Source: a virus
Direction: 5' to 3' (one strand)
Length of the DNA stretch: 64,000 nucleotides
Virus record (IMG/VR): IMGVR_UViG_3300032245_000795
Span: 51,084-115,083 of that record
In this document: positions 20,548 to 29,583 of the stretch, piece by piece
How positions within the stretch are numbered: the stretch's first letter is position 1
Layout: each line of letters opens with the position of its first letter
The notes under the pieces: model-generated
What the model saw: only the letters and a program-made list of their open reading frames with translations
Databases searched by the model: none
What the model was told of the DNA's origin: nothing
Position numbers and translations under genes: made by a program

Positions 20548-21201
20548 ATGGCAATACTAAGAGGAATAAAGGAAATGGGCCCAGTACTAGATGGCCCAAA
20601 GGGTGGAGATGGTCCAAAGGTTAAGTGGTTAAAACTTGCTGACGGACAATCAGTAAAGATTAGATTCTTAGAAGAACTCGATGAAGATTCAGCAAACTAT
20701 AACGCAGAGCGTGGACTAGCAATTGTTGTATCTGAGCACACAAACCCAAAGGACTACAAGCGCAAGGCTGTAGACACAATGGATACAGAGGGTCGTGACT
20801 GGGCTGAAGAAATGCACCGCAAAGATCCAAAGGCTGGCTGGAGAGCACGTCTTCGTTTCTATTGCAACGTTCTTGTAGACGATGGCATTGAAGCACCATA
20901 TGTTGCAATCTGGTCAATGGGTATCAGCAAGCAATCATCATTCAATACAATTCGTGAGTATGCACTTGAAACAGGAAGCATCTCAAATGTACAGTGGAAG
21001 TTAAAGCGTAATGGTCAGGGAACTGAAACTAATTACACTCTTATTCCATCTGCACCAGATAAGGAACCATTTAACTGGGGAGACATTAAGCCTTACCCAC
21101 TAGAATCTGCACTACGCAAGGTTCCATATGCAGAACAAGAAGCGTTCTATTTGGGCTTTGATGGCCCATCTGCCACTTCAGCAACTAACGCTGATTGGTA
21201 A
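20548..21201 (+). CDS. ssb: Single-stranded DNA-binding protein (gp32-like)
   Basis: WLKLADGQSVKIRF, KRNGQGTETNY and a short flexible tail; lies between primase and polymerase. Confidence 0.7.
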   Translation: MAILRGIKEMGPVLDGPKGGDGPKVKWLKLADGQSVKIRFLEELDEDSANYNAERGLAIVVSEHTNPKDYKRKAVDTMDTEGRDWAEEMHRKDPKAGWRARLRFYCNVLVDDGIEAPYVAIWSMGISKQSSFNTIREYALETGSISNVQWKLKRNGQGTETNYTLIPSAPDKEPFNWGDIKPYPLESALRKVPYAEQEAFYLGFDGPSATSATNADW

Positions 21202-21202
21202 T

Positions 21203-24200
21203 ATGAACTACGTCGGCTTACATGTCCATACCCATTTTAGTTTATTTGATGGGATTGCTACTCCAGAAGAATACGTTGACCGTGCAGTTGAGTTAGGGAT
21301 GCCAGCAATTGCCATCACTGACCACGGTACTTTATCTGGGCATAGGGAACTGCACCGTATTGCAAAAGCAAAGGGCATTAAGCCAATTCTAGGTCTAGAA
21401 GGATACATGTGTGCAGACATATCCGATACACGAGATAAGTCTGAAAGAGAAGGTCAACAAGATCTTGTCTACAATCACATTATCCTTCTAGCCAAGAATC
21501 AAATTGGTTTAGAAAACCTAAACAAGATCAGTGAACTATCTTGGACAGATGGTTTCTTTAAAAAGCCACGTTTTGATTTTAGTATATTAGAAAAGTATAA
21601 AGAAGGAATCATTGTTTCTTCTGCTTGTCCAAGTAGCGTCTTAGTTAAAGCACTTGAAGAAGAAGAGTTTGCTCTTGCTAAAAAGTATCTATCCTGGTTT
21701 AAGGAACGTTTTGGAGATGATTACTATGTTGAGGTTATGCCTCACAATGAAGCACACATCAATAAGTATTTGATAGAACTTGCAGACGAGTTTGGAATTA
21801 AGGTTATTGTCACACCAGACTGCCATCATGTTGATCCATCACAAAAAGAAGTTCAAGAGTTTAAGTTGCTTATGAACACACACGGCAAATTTATAAAAGA
21901 TGCAACATATGAAAAATCAAAGAAAAAGGGAAACATGATGGAACGCCTTGACTACCTTTATGGCGAAGATCGTCAGATAACATTTAATAAGTTTGACATT
22001 CACCTTCTATCATACGAAGAGATTAAAGCAGCGATGGAATCGCAGGGTATTGATAGACCTGACATCTATGAAAACACAATCTTATTAGCAGATACAGTAG
22101 GAGACTATGGAATTCAAGAAGGTTTAAACCTACTGCCAGTACAATATAAGAGTCCTGATAAGGAACTTGCAAAGGCTGCGCTTGAAGGTTTGGTAGAGCG
22201 AGGTTTGTCAGAGAACCAAGAGTACCTGGATAGACTTGAAGAAGAGTTGCAGATTATTAAGGATAAAAAGTTTGCTCCATACTTCCTTGTTGTAAGCAAC
22301 ATGATCAATTGGGCTAAGAAAGAAGAGATCATGGTTGGTCCTGGCCGTGGTTCATCTGCTGGCTCTCTTGTTTGTTATGCTTTAAATATCACAGACATTG
22401 ATCCCATTGAGCACAATCTTTTGTTCTTCCGCTTTATTAATCCAGAGCGTAATGATTTTCCAGATATTGATACAGACATTCAAGATACTCGTCGTGAAGA
22501 AGTAAAAGATTATCTTGTTAGACAGTATCGACATGTTGCATCTATTGCTACCTTCCTTGAGTTTACAGGCAAGGGAATTGTTAGAGATGTCTCAAGAGTT
22601 TTAAATATTCCTTTGTCAGATGTAAACAAGGTTTTGAAAACTGTAGACTCTTGGGATGATTTCTGTACATCAAAATCAACTAGAGATTTTCGTGAAAAGT
22701 ATCCAGAAGTAGAAATCTACGGAGAACAACTTCGTGGTCGCATCCGTGGTACAGGCATTCACGCTGCTGGTGTTGTAACTGCAAAAGAGCCAATCTTTAG
22801 ATACGCACCACTTGAAACAAGATCATCTACTGGATCGGATGAAAGAATCCCTGTTGTAGGTGTTGACATGGAAGAGGCTGAAAGAATTGGCTTAATTAAG
22901 ATTGATGCTTTAGGTCTTAAAACTTTGTCTGTTCTTAAGAATACGATTGATATTATTAAAGAGCGAGATGGCAAGAAGATAGATCTTCTTAAGATTAAAA
23001 TGGATGATGCAAATGTTTATCAGATGCTCTCAGATGGATACACAAAGGGAGTATTCCAGTGTGAAGCAGCGCCATATACAAACCTTCTTGTTAAGATGGG
23101 CGTTAAGAACCTCAATGAACTAGCAGCATCAAATGCTCTTGTTCGTCCAGGTGCAATGAATACTATTGGAAAGGACTACGTTGATCGCAAGCATGGCCGT
23201 CAAAATATTTCTTATACACACCAAGTACTAAAACAATTTACGGAGGACACCTATGGCTGTATTCTTTACCAGGAACAAGTTATGCAAGCATGCGTACACC
23301 TTGGCGGTATGTCCATGTCGGAAGCAGATAAAGTTAGAAAGATCATTGGAAAGAAAAAGGATGCTAAAGAATTTGATCAGTTTAAAGAGAAGTTCGTAGA
23401 GGGTGCATCAAAGTTCATCGCTCCAAACCTTGCTCGTGATCTGTGGCATGACTTTGAGGCTCACGCAGGATACTCATTTAATAAGTCTCACGCAGTAGCA
23501 TACTCAACGCTATCTTATTGGACAGCATGGCTAAAGTACTATTACCCACTTGAGTTTATGTACTCAGTACTAAAGAATGAAAAAGATAAAGATGCCAGAA
23601 CTGAATACCTTATTGAAGCAAAGAGAATGGGCATTAGTGTTAAGTTACCTCACATTAACGATTCGGATATTGATTTTAAAATTGAGGGTAAAGGCATTAG
23701 GTTTGGACTTACTGCTATAAAGTACATATCTGATAAAATTGCAGAGAGATATATTGCAGCACGACCTTTTAGTTCATATAAAGAACTAGAAGAGTTTACG
23801 TTTACAAAAGGAAACGGAGTAAACTCTCGTGCACTACAAGCATTAAGAGTTATTGGTGCTGCAACCTTTAATGATAATCCTAGAAATGATCAAGACATTA
23901 AGGAGAACCTATACGAGTACTTAAACCTTCCAGAGTTTAATATTACTATTCCTTCGCACTATTATGCATTCATTCAGGATATTGTAGACTTTGAGGAAAA
24001 AGGATCTTACATTTTTATGGGTATGGTAAAATCAATTAAGCGAGGAACAGGATGGTCACGAGTTGAAATTTTGGACAAAACTGGCAGTGTCGGTATATTT
24101 GATGATGAAAATACAACTATTGAGACAGGTCGCTCTTATCTGGTTCTGTGTAATGATAACAGGATTGTTTCTTTCATACCTTCAGATGAGATAAAAGAAT

Positions 24201-24478
24201 CATCTCATGCTCTTGTGAAGTTCTTAAGTTATAAACAACTTCCATACAAAGATGATGAAATGTTTGTAGTTTCTTTTAAAACAAGAATTACAAAGACTGG
24301 AAAAAAGATGGCATCTCTTACTCTTGCAGATACAAGTAGAGACTTGCATTCTATTACAGTATTTCCTACATCTTTTGCAAAAGCATATATGCATATCGAA
24401 GAAGGAAAATCTTATAAGTTTGATTTTGGCAAGACTAAGGACGGAACCGTAACATTGGAGGATGTACATGTCAGTTAG
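21203..24478 (+). CDS. dnaE: DNA polymerase III alpha subunit
   Basis: PHP HVHTHFS/TDHG, GPGRGSSAGS, PDIDTD, KIDALGL, FNKSHA. Confidence 0.96.
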   Translation: MNYVGLHVHTHFSLFDGIATPEEYVDRAVELGMPAIAITDHGTLSGHRELHRIAKAKGIKPILGLEGYMCADISDTRDKSEREGQQDLVYNHIILLAKNQIGLENLNKISELSWTDGFFKKPRFDFSILEKYKEGIIVSSACPSSVLVKALEEEEFALAKKYLSWFKERFGDDYYVEVMPHNEAHINKYLIELADEFGIKVIVTPDCHHVDPSQKEVQEFKLLMNTHGKFIKDATYEKSKKKGNMMERLDYLYGEDRQITFNKFDIHLLSYEEIKAAMESQGIDRPDIYENTILLADTVGDYGIQEGLNLLPVQYKSPDKELAKAALEGLVERGLSENQEYLDRLEEELQIIKDKKFAPYFLVVSNMINWAKKEEIMVGPGRGSSAGSLVCYALNITDIDPIEHNLLFFRFINPERNDFPDIDTDIQDTRREEVKDYLVRQYRHVASIATFLEFTGKGIVRDVSRVLNIPLSDVNKVLKTVDSWDDFCTSKSTRDFREKYPEVEIYGEQLRGRIRGTGIHAAGVVTAKEPIFRYAPLETRSSTGSDERIPVVGVDMEEAERIGLIKIDALGLKTLSVLKNTIDIIKERDGKKIDLLKIKMDDANVYQMLSDGYTKGVFQCEAAPYTNLLVKMGVKNLNELAASNALVRPGAMNTIGKDYVDRKHGRQNISYTHQVLKQFTEDTYGCILYQEQVMQACVHLGGMSMSEADKVRKIIGKKKDAKEFDQFKEKFVEGASKFIAPNLARDLWHDFEAHAGYSFNKSHAVAYSTLSYWTAWLKYYYPLEFMYSVLKNEKDKDARTEYLIEAKRMGISVKLPHINDSDIDFKIEGKGIRFGLTAIKYISDKIAERYIAARPFSSYKELEEFTFTKGNGVNSRALQALRVIGAATFNDNPRNDQDIKENLYEYLNLPEFNITIPSHYYAFIQDIVDFEEKGSYIFMGMVKSIKRGTGWSRVEILDKTGSVGIFDDENTTIETGRSYLVLCNDNRIVSFIPSDEIKESSHALVKFLSYKQLPYKDDEMFVVSFKTRITKTGKKMASLTLADTSRDLHSITVFPTSFAKAYMHIEEGKSYKFDFGKTKDGTVTLEDVHVS

Positions 24479-25478
24479 TATAGAAGAAGCGTTAGCACAA
24501 CTTGATCCCAAGTTAAGGAAAAGATTGGGTAGCGGAGTGGGTGTTAATTATGAATACCAGCCAACACCTAGTTTTGGTTTAAACCGTGCACTTGGTGGTG
24601 GACTGCCATACGGTAGGCAAGTTCTTATATGGGGATCAAAGTCATCAGCAAAATCTTCTATGTGTCTTCAAATGATTGCTCTTGCTCAAGCAGAAGGCAA
24701 GTTATGTGCATGGATTGACTCAGAGATGTCATACTCAGAAGATTGGGCCAGAACTCTTGGGGTAGATCCAGAAAAACTTATTTACTCACAGGCAAGAACT
24801 ATTAGCGATATGGTAGATGTAGGTGTTGGATTAATGAACGCTGGGGTTGACTTGATTGTGGTAGATTCTATTACATCAATGCTTCCAGCAATTTATTTTG
24901 AAAAAGATACAGATGAAATGAAAGCATTAGAAAATACAAAACAGATTGGAGCAGAATCTCGTGACTTTAGTAACGCATGGAAAATGCTTAACTATGCAAA
25001 CAATAAAGTTAAGCCAACTTTGCTTGTTCTTATTTCTCAGTCTCGTAACAATATCAATGCTATGTATACTAGCCAGCAGCCTTCTGGTGGTCAGGCTACT
25101 AAGTTTTATTCCTCATGTATTGTTAAACTCTTTTCTTCAGAGTCAGACAATCAAGCAATTAAGGGCAAGATCAAGATAGGAGACAAATTAATTGAAGAAA
25201 AAATTGGTAGAACTATTAAATGGGAACTACAGTTCTCAAAAACCTCCCCAGGGTTTCAATCTGGCGAGTATGATTTTTATTTTAGAGGTGACGATATTGG
25301 TCTTGACACCATCGGCGATCTTGTTACTACTGCTGAATTAAATGGTATTGTAGAACGAACAGGAGCATGGTACATACTTCCTGACGGATCAAAGGTCCAG
25401 GGAAAAGAAGCATTTGTTAATCGTGTAAGAGAGGATCTTGACTTGCAAGAATCAATCAAGGCTAAACTAAATGGCTAG
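24468..25478 (+). CDS. recA: RecA recombinase
   Basis: GGGLPYGR, WIDSE, VVDSI, SGGQATKFYSS, GAWY...QGKE. Confidence 0.92.
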   Translation: MSVSIEEALAQLDPKLRKRLGSGVGVNYEYQPTPSFGLNRALGGGLPYGRQVLIWGSKSSAKSSMCLQMIALAQAEGKLCAWIDSEMSYSEDWARTLGVDPEKLIYSQARTISDMVDVGVGLMNAGVDLIVVDSITSMLPAIYFEKDTDEMKALENTKQIGAESRDFSNAWKMLNYANNKVKPTLLVLISQSRNNINAMYTSQQPSGGQATKFYSSCIVKLFSSESDNQAIKGKIKIGDKLIEEKIGRTIKWELQFSKTSPGFQSGEYDFYFRGDDIGLDTIGDLVTTAELNGIVERTGAWYILPDGSKVQGKEAFVNRVREDLDLQESIKAKLNG

Positions 25479-25647
25479 TTATACAGTTTATAATGGAAAA
25501 TTTGTTTGTCATGAGTGTAAAGCAGAGGTTAAATCTTTAAGACTTTATGCAGATACTAAAACTGCAACATGGATGTGCCCAAGCAAACACTTAAGCACAG
25601 TTAAGTTTGGAAAGCAGAAATGGAAGGGCAATGACAGAGAAGAGTGA
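25471..25647 (+). CDS. Small zinc-binding protein (58 aa, not in ORF track)
   Basis: MASYTVYNGKFVCHEC...WMCPSKH; fills the gap between recA and the next gene. Confidence 0.6.
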   Translation: MASYTVYNGKFVCHECKAEVKSLRLYADTKTATWMCPSKHLSTVKFGKQKWKGNDREE

Positions 25648-25912
25648 GTCAAAGAGAATAGGTGCTAAACAGCACAAGAACTCTGGTCGCAATACTCAAA
25701 AAGGAGATGCTTCTTGGAAAAACTTTGTTGTAGACTTTAAAGAGGTTGGAAAATCTTTTACATTAAATAAAGAAGTTTGGGCAAAAGCCACTACGGATGC
25801 TATGAAAAACGGTAAGGATCCAGCCATTGTTGTGATAATGGGAGAGGGTAATGCAAAGGTTAGGCTTGCTATAATTGAGATGAGCATTTTAGAAGACATG
25901 GTGGAGGAATAA
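25631..25912 (+). CDS. Small PD-(D/E)xK nuclease, Holliday junction resolvase-like
   Basis: SE...NSG...GD...VDFKE. Confidence 0.6.
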   Translation: MTEKSESKRIGAKQHKNSGRNTQKGDASWKNFVVDFKEVGKSFTLNKEVWAKATTDAMKNGKDPAIVVIMGEGNAKVRLAIIEMSILEDMVEE

Positions 25913-26217
25913 TGGAACAACAAGGAACAACAATAGATATGGTAAATGGTCTTGCAGAGATTGCAGACTACATGCAAGATGAAGAACTAACGGTTGCATT
26001 GACAATGATTGCTAAACTAATTATAAAGCCAGACATTCCAATCAATGTTGCTCACGTTGAGATTGTAAGGCTTCAGGCAATTGCAGCAAAGATGGCTTTT
26101 AAGGCTACATGGATGGCTAATGTTGACAAGTCCGATAGGGGAAAGAAGAATCTTTACTATACTGCAGCAGAATCACTTAATAATTTAGTGTCTGCACTCA
26201 AGTATATAACCCGCTAA
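25912..26217 (+). CDS. Hypothetical helical protein
   Basis: Coupled ORF with GGAGG RBS. Confidence 0.55.
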   Translation: MEQQGTTIDMVNGLAEIADYMQDEELTVALTMIAKLIIKPDIPINVAHVEIVRLQAIAAKMAFKATWMANVDKSDRGKKNLYYTAAESLNNLVSALKYITR

Positions 26218-26252
26218 TCTGCTATACTTATACTAATAGAAACGAGTAAAAA

Positions 26253-27053
26253 ATGACAAAAAGTTTATTGCAACAGATTATGGTAAAGCAGGAAAAGCCA
26301 CCAGTACACTCAATAGATGTTGCTGGTTTAACTGAAAAGATTCAGTCTGGTTATACTGTTAATCGTATTGACAAGCAGACACAAAAGAAGACTTTCGCAC
26401 CATCTACAATTGCCTACGGGCATGGAGAATGCCCAAGATATTGGTACCTTGCTTTTGACGGACAGATGTTTGAAGATGATGCAACACCATATAGCGCAGC
26501 CAATATGACTGCAGGAACAAAATCACACGAAAGAATTCAGGAAGCGATGAGGAATGTTCCAGAATTTTTAGTAGATGAAGAATTTAAGATTACGTATACT
26601 GATCCACCAATTTTTGGTTACGGAGATGTTATGGTTAATTGGCAGGGAGAAGAACTTCTTGGTGAAATTAAAACAATGATGAATGAGGGTTTTGAATACC
26701 GTAAGGCTCACATGAAGCCTAAGACTGGACACCTTGTTCAGTTGCTTATTTACATGAAGATTCTTAATAAAGCAAAGGCTGTTCTTATTTATGAAAATAA
26801 GAATAATCACGAGTTGCTTATTCTTCCAGTAGAAGTAAATGATTATTATCGTCGGTGGGTAGACCAGACGTTTGAATGGATGAGATCAGTTCGTAAGGCT
26901 TGGGTCGACAGAACTCTGCCTGAAAAGAACTATCGCTCAAATTCAAAGATCTGCAAATCTTGTCCTATTAAAAAGGCTTGTGCAGATGCTGGCAAGGGAG
27001 ACTTTAAACTAAAGTCCTTGGAGCCTATAGATGAAGAATTGTCAATGGTGTGA
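26253..27053 (+). CDS. Cas4/RecB-like PD-(D/E)xK exonuclease
   Basis: CPR, G..H, GD...EIKT, QLLIY and CxxCxxxxxC Fe-S ligands. Confidence 0.82.
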   Translation: MTKSLLQQIMVKQEKPPVHSIDVAGLTEKIQSGYTVNRIDKQTQKKTFAPSTIAYGHGECPRYWYLAFDGQMFEDDATPYSAANMTAGTKSHERIQEAMRNVPEFLVDEEFKITYTDPPIFGYGDVMVNWQGEELLGEIKTMMNEGFEYRKAHMKPKTGHLVQLLIYMKILNKAKAVLIYENKNNHELLILPVEVNDYYRRWVDQTFEWMRSVRKAWVDRTLPEKNYRSNSKICKSCPIKKACADAGKGDFKLKSLEPIDEELSMV

Positions 27054-27306
27054 TAAACAATTTAAAACAGATATAACATATCAGATATATTGTTCACCAG
27101 AGTGTAGAGACATGTCAACAAAAGAAAAAATTGCTGCAAGGTATATAATTTCTAGAAGACAAAAAAGAAAAGGTAAGGATAGAAATTGCAAATCATGCAA
27201 GGAGCCTTTGTCAATATATAATGACGAAACTCTTTGTGTAAAGTGCAATGTGAACCCTTCTGATGTAGCAAAAGCATTAAAAGAAATTAAGGATAACTTA
27301 AAATGA
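27031..27306 (+). CDS. Zinc-finger protein
   Basis: CQWC, YCSPEC, CKSC, CVKC. Confidence 0.65.
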   Translation: MKNCQWCDKQFKTDITYQIYCSPECRDMSTKEKIAARYIISRRQKRKGKDRNCKSCKEPLSIYNDETLCVKCNVNPSDVAKALKEIKDNLK

Positions 27307-27899
27307 AACTAGCAGAGGCAATAGGAACTAAACCTCCAAAAACTATTTGTGCTATAGATGCAAGCACTAATAGTCTTGCCTTTGCTATTTTTGATACACA
27401 ACAAAAAACTTTAGAGTCGGTAGGAAAGATTACTTTTAAAGGTAAGAATACTTACGAAAAGGTTATGGATGCAGGACAAAAAGTAAAGTTGTTTCTTGAC
27501 ATGTATGGTGGCTTTGAAGCAATAGTAATTGAGCACACGGTTTTTATGAATAGTCCTAAGACGGCAGCAGACTTGGCTTTAGTTCAAGGAGCAATTCTTG
27601 GATCAGCAGGACAATCTGGAACTAAGTCTATAGGAAAGGTTGCTCCAATAACATGGCAAAATTTTATTGGTAATAAAAAAATATCTAAAGATGAAAAATT
27701 GTATATTAAATCACAGAATCCAGGCAAGTCAGATTCATGGCTTAAGTCGTATGAGAGAGACTTAAGAAAACAAAGAACAATAAACTTTATTAATATGCAA
27801 TACGATAGAACAATAACTGATAACGATGTAGCAGATGCCTGTGGAATTGGTCACTGGGCATTAAAGAACTGGAACAAAGCAATAGGAGAGGAAAAATAA
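27303..27899 (+). CDS. ruvC: RuvC-like resolvase
   Basis: AIDAST, VIEH and DVADACGIG acidic triad. Confidence 0.72.
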   Translation: MKLAEAIGTKPPKTICAIDASTNSLAFAIFDTQQKTLESVGKITFKGKNTYEKVMDAGQKVKLFLDMYGGFEAIVIEHTVFMNSPKTAADLALVQGAILGSAGQSGTKSIGKVAPITWQNFIGNKKISKDEKLYIKSQNPGKSDSWLKSYERDLRKQRTINFINMQYDRTITDNDVADACGIGHWALKNWNKAIGEEK

Positions 27900-28543
27900 T
27901 GCCAGAGTTAAATGCAAACATACCACCAATAGAATGTTATGTGCGTGGAAACTTTTTAAGAGATCAAGAAGATACCCATGATCAATACTTTCCATGTGTT
28001 ATTTTTGGTGTGTCAAGCATTAAAGGAAGAAGCCCACTATTTCATTTCTTAATGGAAGATGGTGGACTGTGGTGGAGAATGCCAATCAATGCTTTTTGCA
28101 CAAAGCCAGGAGTTCCAGAAGAACCTATTTACAATCTTGTACTATGGAATTCGTTTTCTCCACATGTAACTGTAACTAAATTTCAAAACTTGGTTAACAT
28201 GAGAATGTCTTATCTTAATAGAGAAAAAGAAAATGTTCCTGGTAAGTATTTATTTACCCTTGATTGGCATAACCCAGAATCAAATATTTTAGATGACGGA
28301 TACTCTGAAAATCCAGGACAACATAAATGTGGCCATGTAATTCAAAGAGATGACGGAAACTTTGCTATACAGCCTAACAATAGAGTTAAACTATATGAGC
28401 CTTCTTTTGTAACAAAGAATAGTTTATTACTGCATAGGCTTGTGAATACAAATAAATGGGATGTTGAAAGTTATGACAAGTGGGTCTTAGAAGATTCAAA
28501 TGCTTATAACTATGAAATTTTTGAGTCAGGAGTTGACAATTAA
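27899..28543 (+). CDS. Hypothetical phage protein
   Basis: Coupled ORF; function unrecognised. Confidence 0.55.
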   Translation: MPELNANIPPIECYVRGNFLRDQEDTHDQYFPCVIFGVSSIKGRSPLFHFLMEDGGLWWRMPINAFCTKPGVPEEPIYNLVLWNSFSPHVTVTKFQNLVNMRMSYLNREKENVPGKYLFTLDWHNPESNILDDGYSENPGQHKCGHVIQRDDGNFAIQPNNRVKLYEPSFVTKNSLLLHRLVNTNKWDVESYDKWVLEDSNAYNYEIFESGVDN

Positions 28544-28547
28544 TATC

Positions 28548-28703
28548 GTGGGTGCTAAACTATATACAAGCGAAACATTTATGCGTAAAAGATATCTTAT
28601 GGATAAGAAAACACCAGAAGACATTGCAAAGGAATGTGGCTGCTCATTAGAGACTATATATGTATATCTTGCTAAGTTTGGATTAAGGAAATCAAGGCGA
28701 TGA
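28548..28703 (+). CDS. Small HTH protein
   Basis: TPEDIAKECGCSLETIYVYL. Confidence 0.6.
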   Translation: MGAKLYTSETFMRKRYLMDKKTPEDIAKECGCSLETIYVYLAKFGLRKSRR

Positions 28704-28822
28704 AAAAAGTTAAATATATTTTGTTCGTAGCATCACTGGTAGCAGCAGTTGGTATTTCTTATGCAACTGCAACATTGCGTAATATACCAGAGTCTTTTGA
28801 CTGGGAGGAAGATGATGAGTGA
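28700..28822 (+). CDS. Small membrane protein (40 aa, not in ORF track)
   Basis: MKKVKYILFVASLVAAVGISY...; ATGA overlap. Confidence 0.5.
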   Translation: MKKVKYILFVASLVAAVGISYATATLRNIPESFDWEEDDE

Positions 28823-29057
28823 AAACCTTAACATAACAGTTGATCAAGTTAATCATCCAACACATTACACTACAGATCCTTCTGGAGTAGAGTGCATTCA
28901 GATTACAAGGCATCGCAATTTTAATATTGGTAATGCCTTTAAGTATTTATGGAGAGCAGGGATCAAGGATGAATCAAAAACAATTCAGGATCTTGAGAAG
29001 GCAATCTTTTATATTAAAGATGAGATAAACAGACTAGAGGGCAAGTATGTCAACTGA
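28812..29057 (+). CDS. DUF3310 (T7 gp1.7-like) protein
   Basis: VNHPTHY...ECI...GNAFKYLWRAG.K...DLEKA. Confidence 0.8.
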   Translation: MMSENLNITVDQVNHPTHYTTDPSGVECIQITRHRNFNIGNAFKYLWRAGIKDESKTIQDLEKAIFYIKDEINRLEGKYVN

Positions 29058-29583
29058 AGATGATTTAGTTAAGCACCTTGATCAGGTAAACCAGGTAGTT
29101 GAAGAATACTTGAAGGGTAATGATCCAACAGTAATCTCAAAACAATTGTCTATTCCAAGACAGAAGGTTGTAACACTTATTAATGAGTGGAAAGTTATGG
29201 CATCTGCTAATGATGCTATTCGTGCTCGTGCTAAAGAAGCCTTAGCAGCAGCAGATACACACTACAGCAAACTAGTTTCTCGTACATATGAAGTTATTGA
29301 TGAGGCATCTATGACTAATAATCTTAGTGCAAAAACTGCAGCAATTAAACTTGTAATGGATATAGAGTCTAAAAGAATTGATATGCTTCAGAAGGCTGGC
29401 CTGCTTGAGAATAAAGAACTTGCTGAAGAGATGATGGAAATTGAAAAGCGTCAGGAAATTCTTGTCCTTATTCTAAAAGACATCGCATCTGAATACCCAC
29501 AGGTTCGTGATGAGATTATGCGTAGACTTTCTGCATTTGCAAAAGACAATGAGGTGATCACAGTTGTCCACGATGTTCAATGA
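29047..29583 (+). CDS. Putative terminase small subunit
   Basis: N-terminal HTH and helical body, immediately upstream of TerL. Confidence 0.6.
   Translation: MSTEDDLVKHLDQVNQVVEEYLKGNDPTVISKQLSIPRQKVVTLINEWKVMASANDAIRARAKEALAAADTHYSKLVSRTYEVIDEASMTNNLSAKTAAIKLVMDIESKRIDMLQKAGLLENKELAEEMMEIEKRQEILVLILKDIASEYPQVRDEIMRRLSAFAKDNEVITVVHDVQ

Noticed and set aside
26253-27053. Cas4-like gene as evidence of a CRISPR-Cas system
   Set aside because: No other cas genes and no repeat-spacer array; solo Cas4-like nucleases are normal in phage replication modules.
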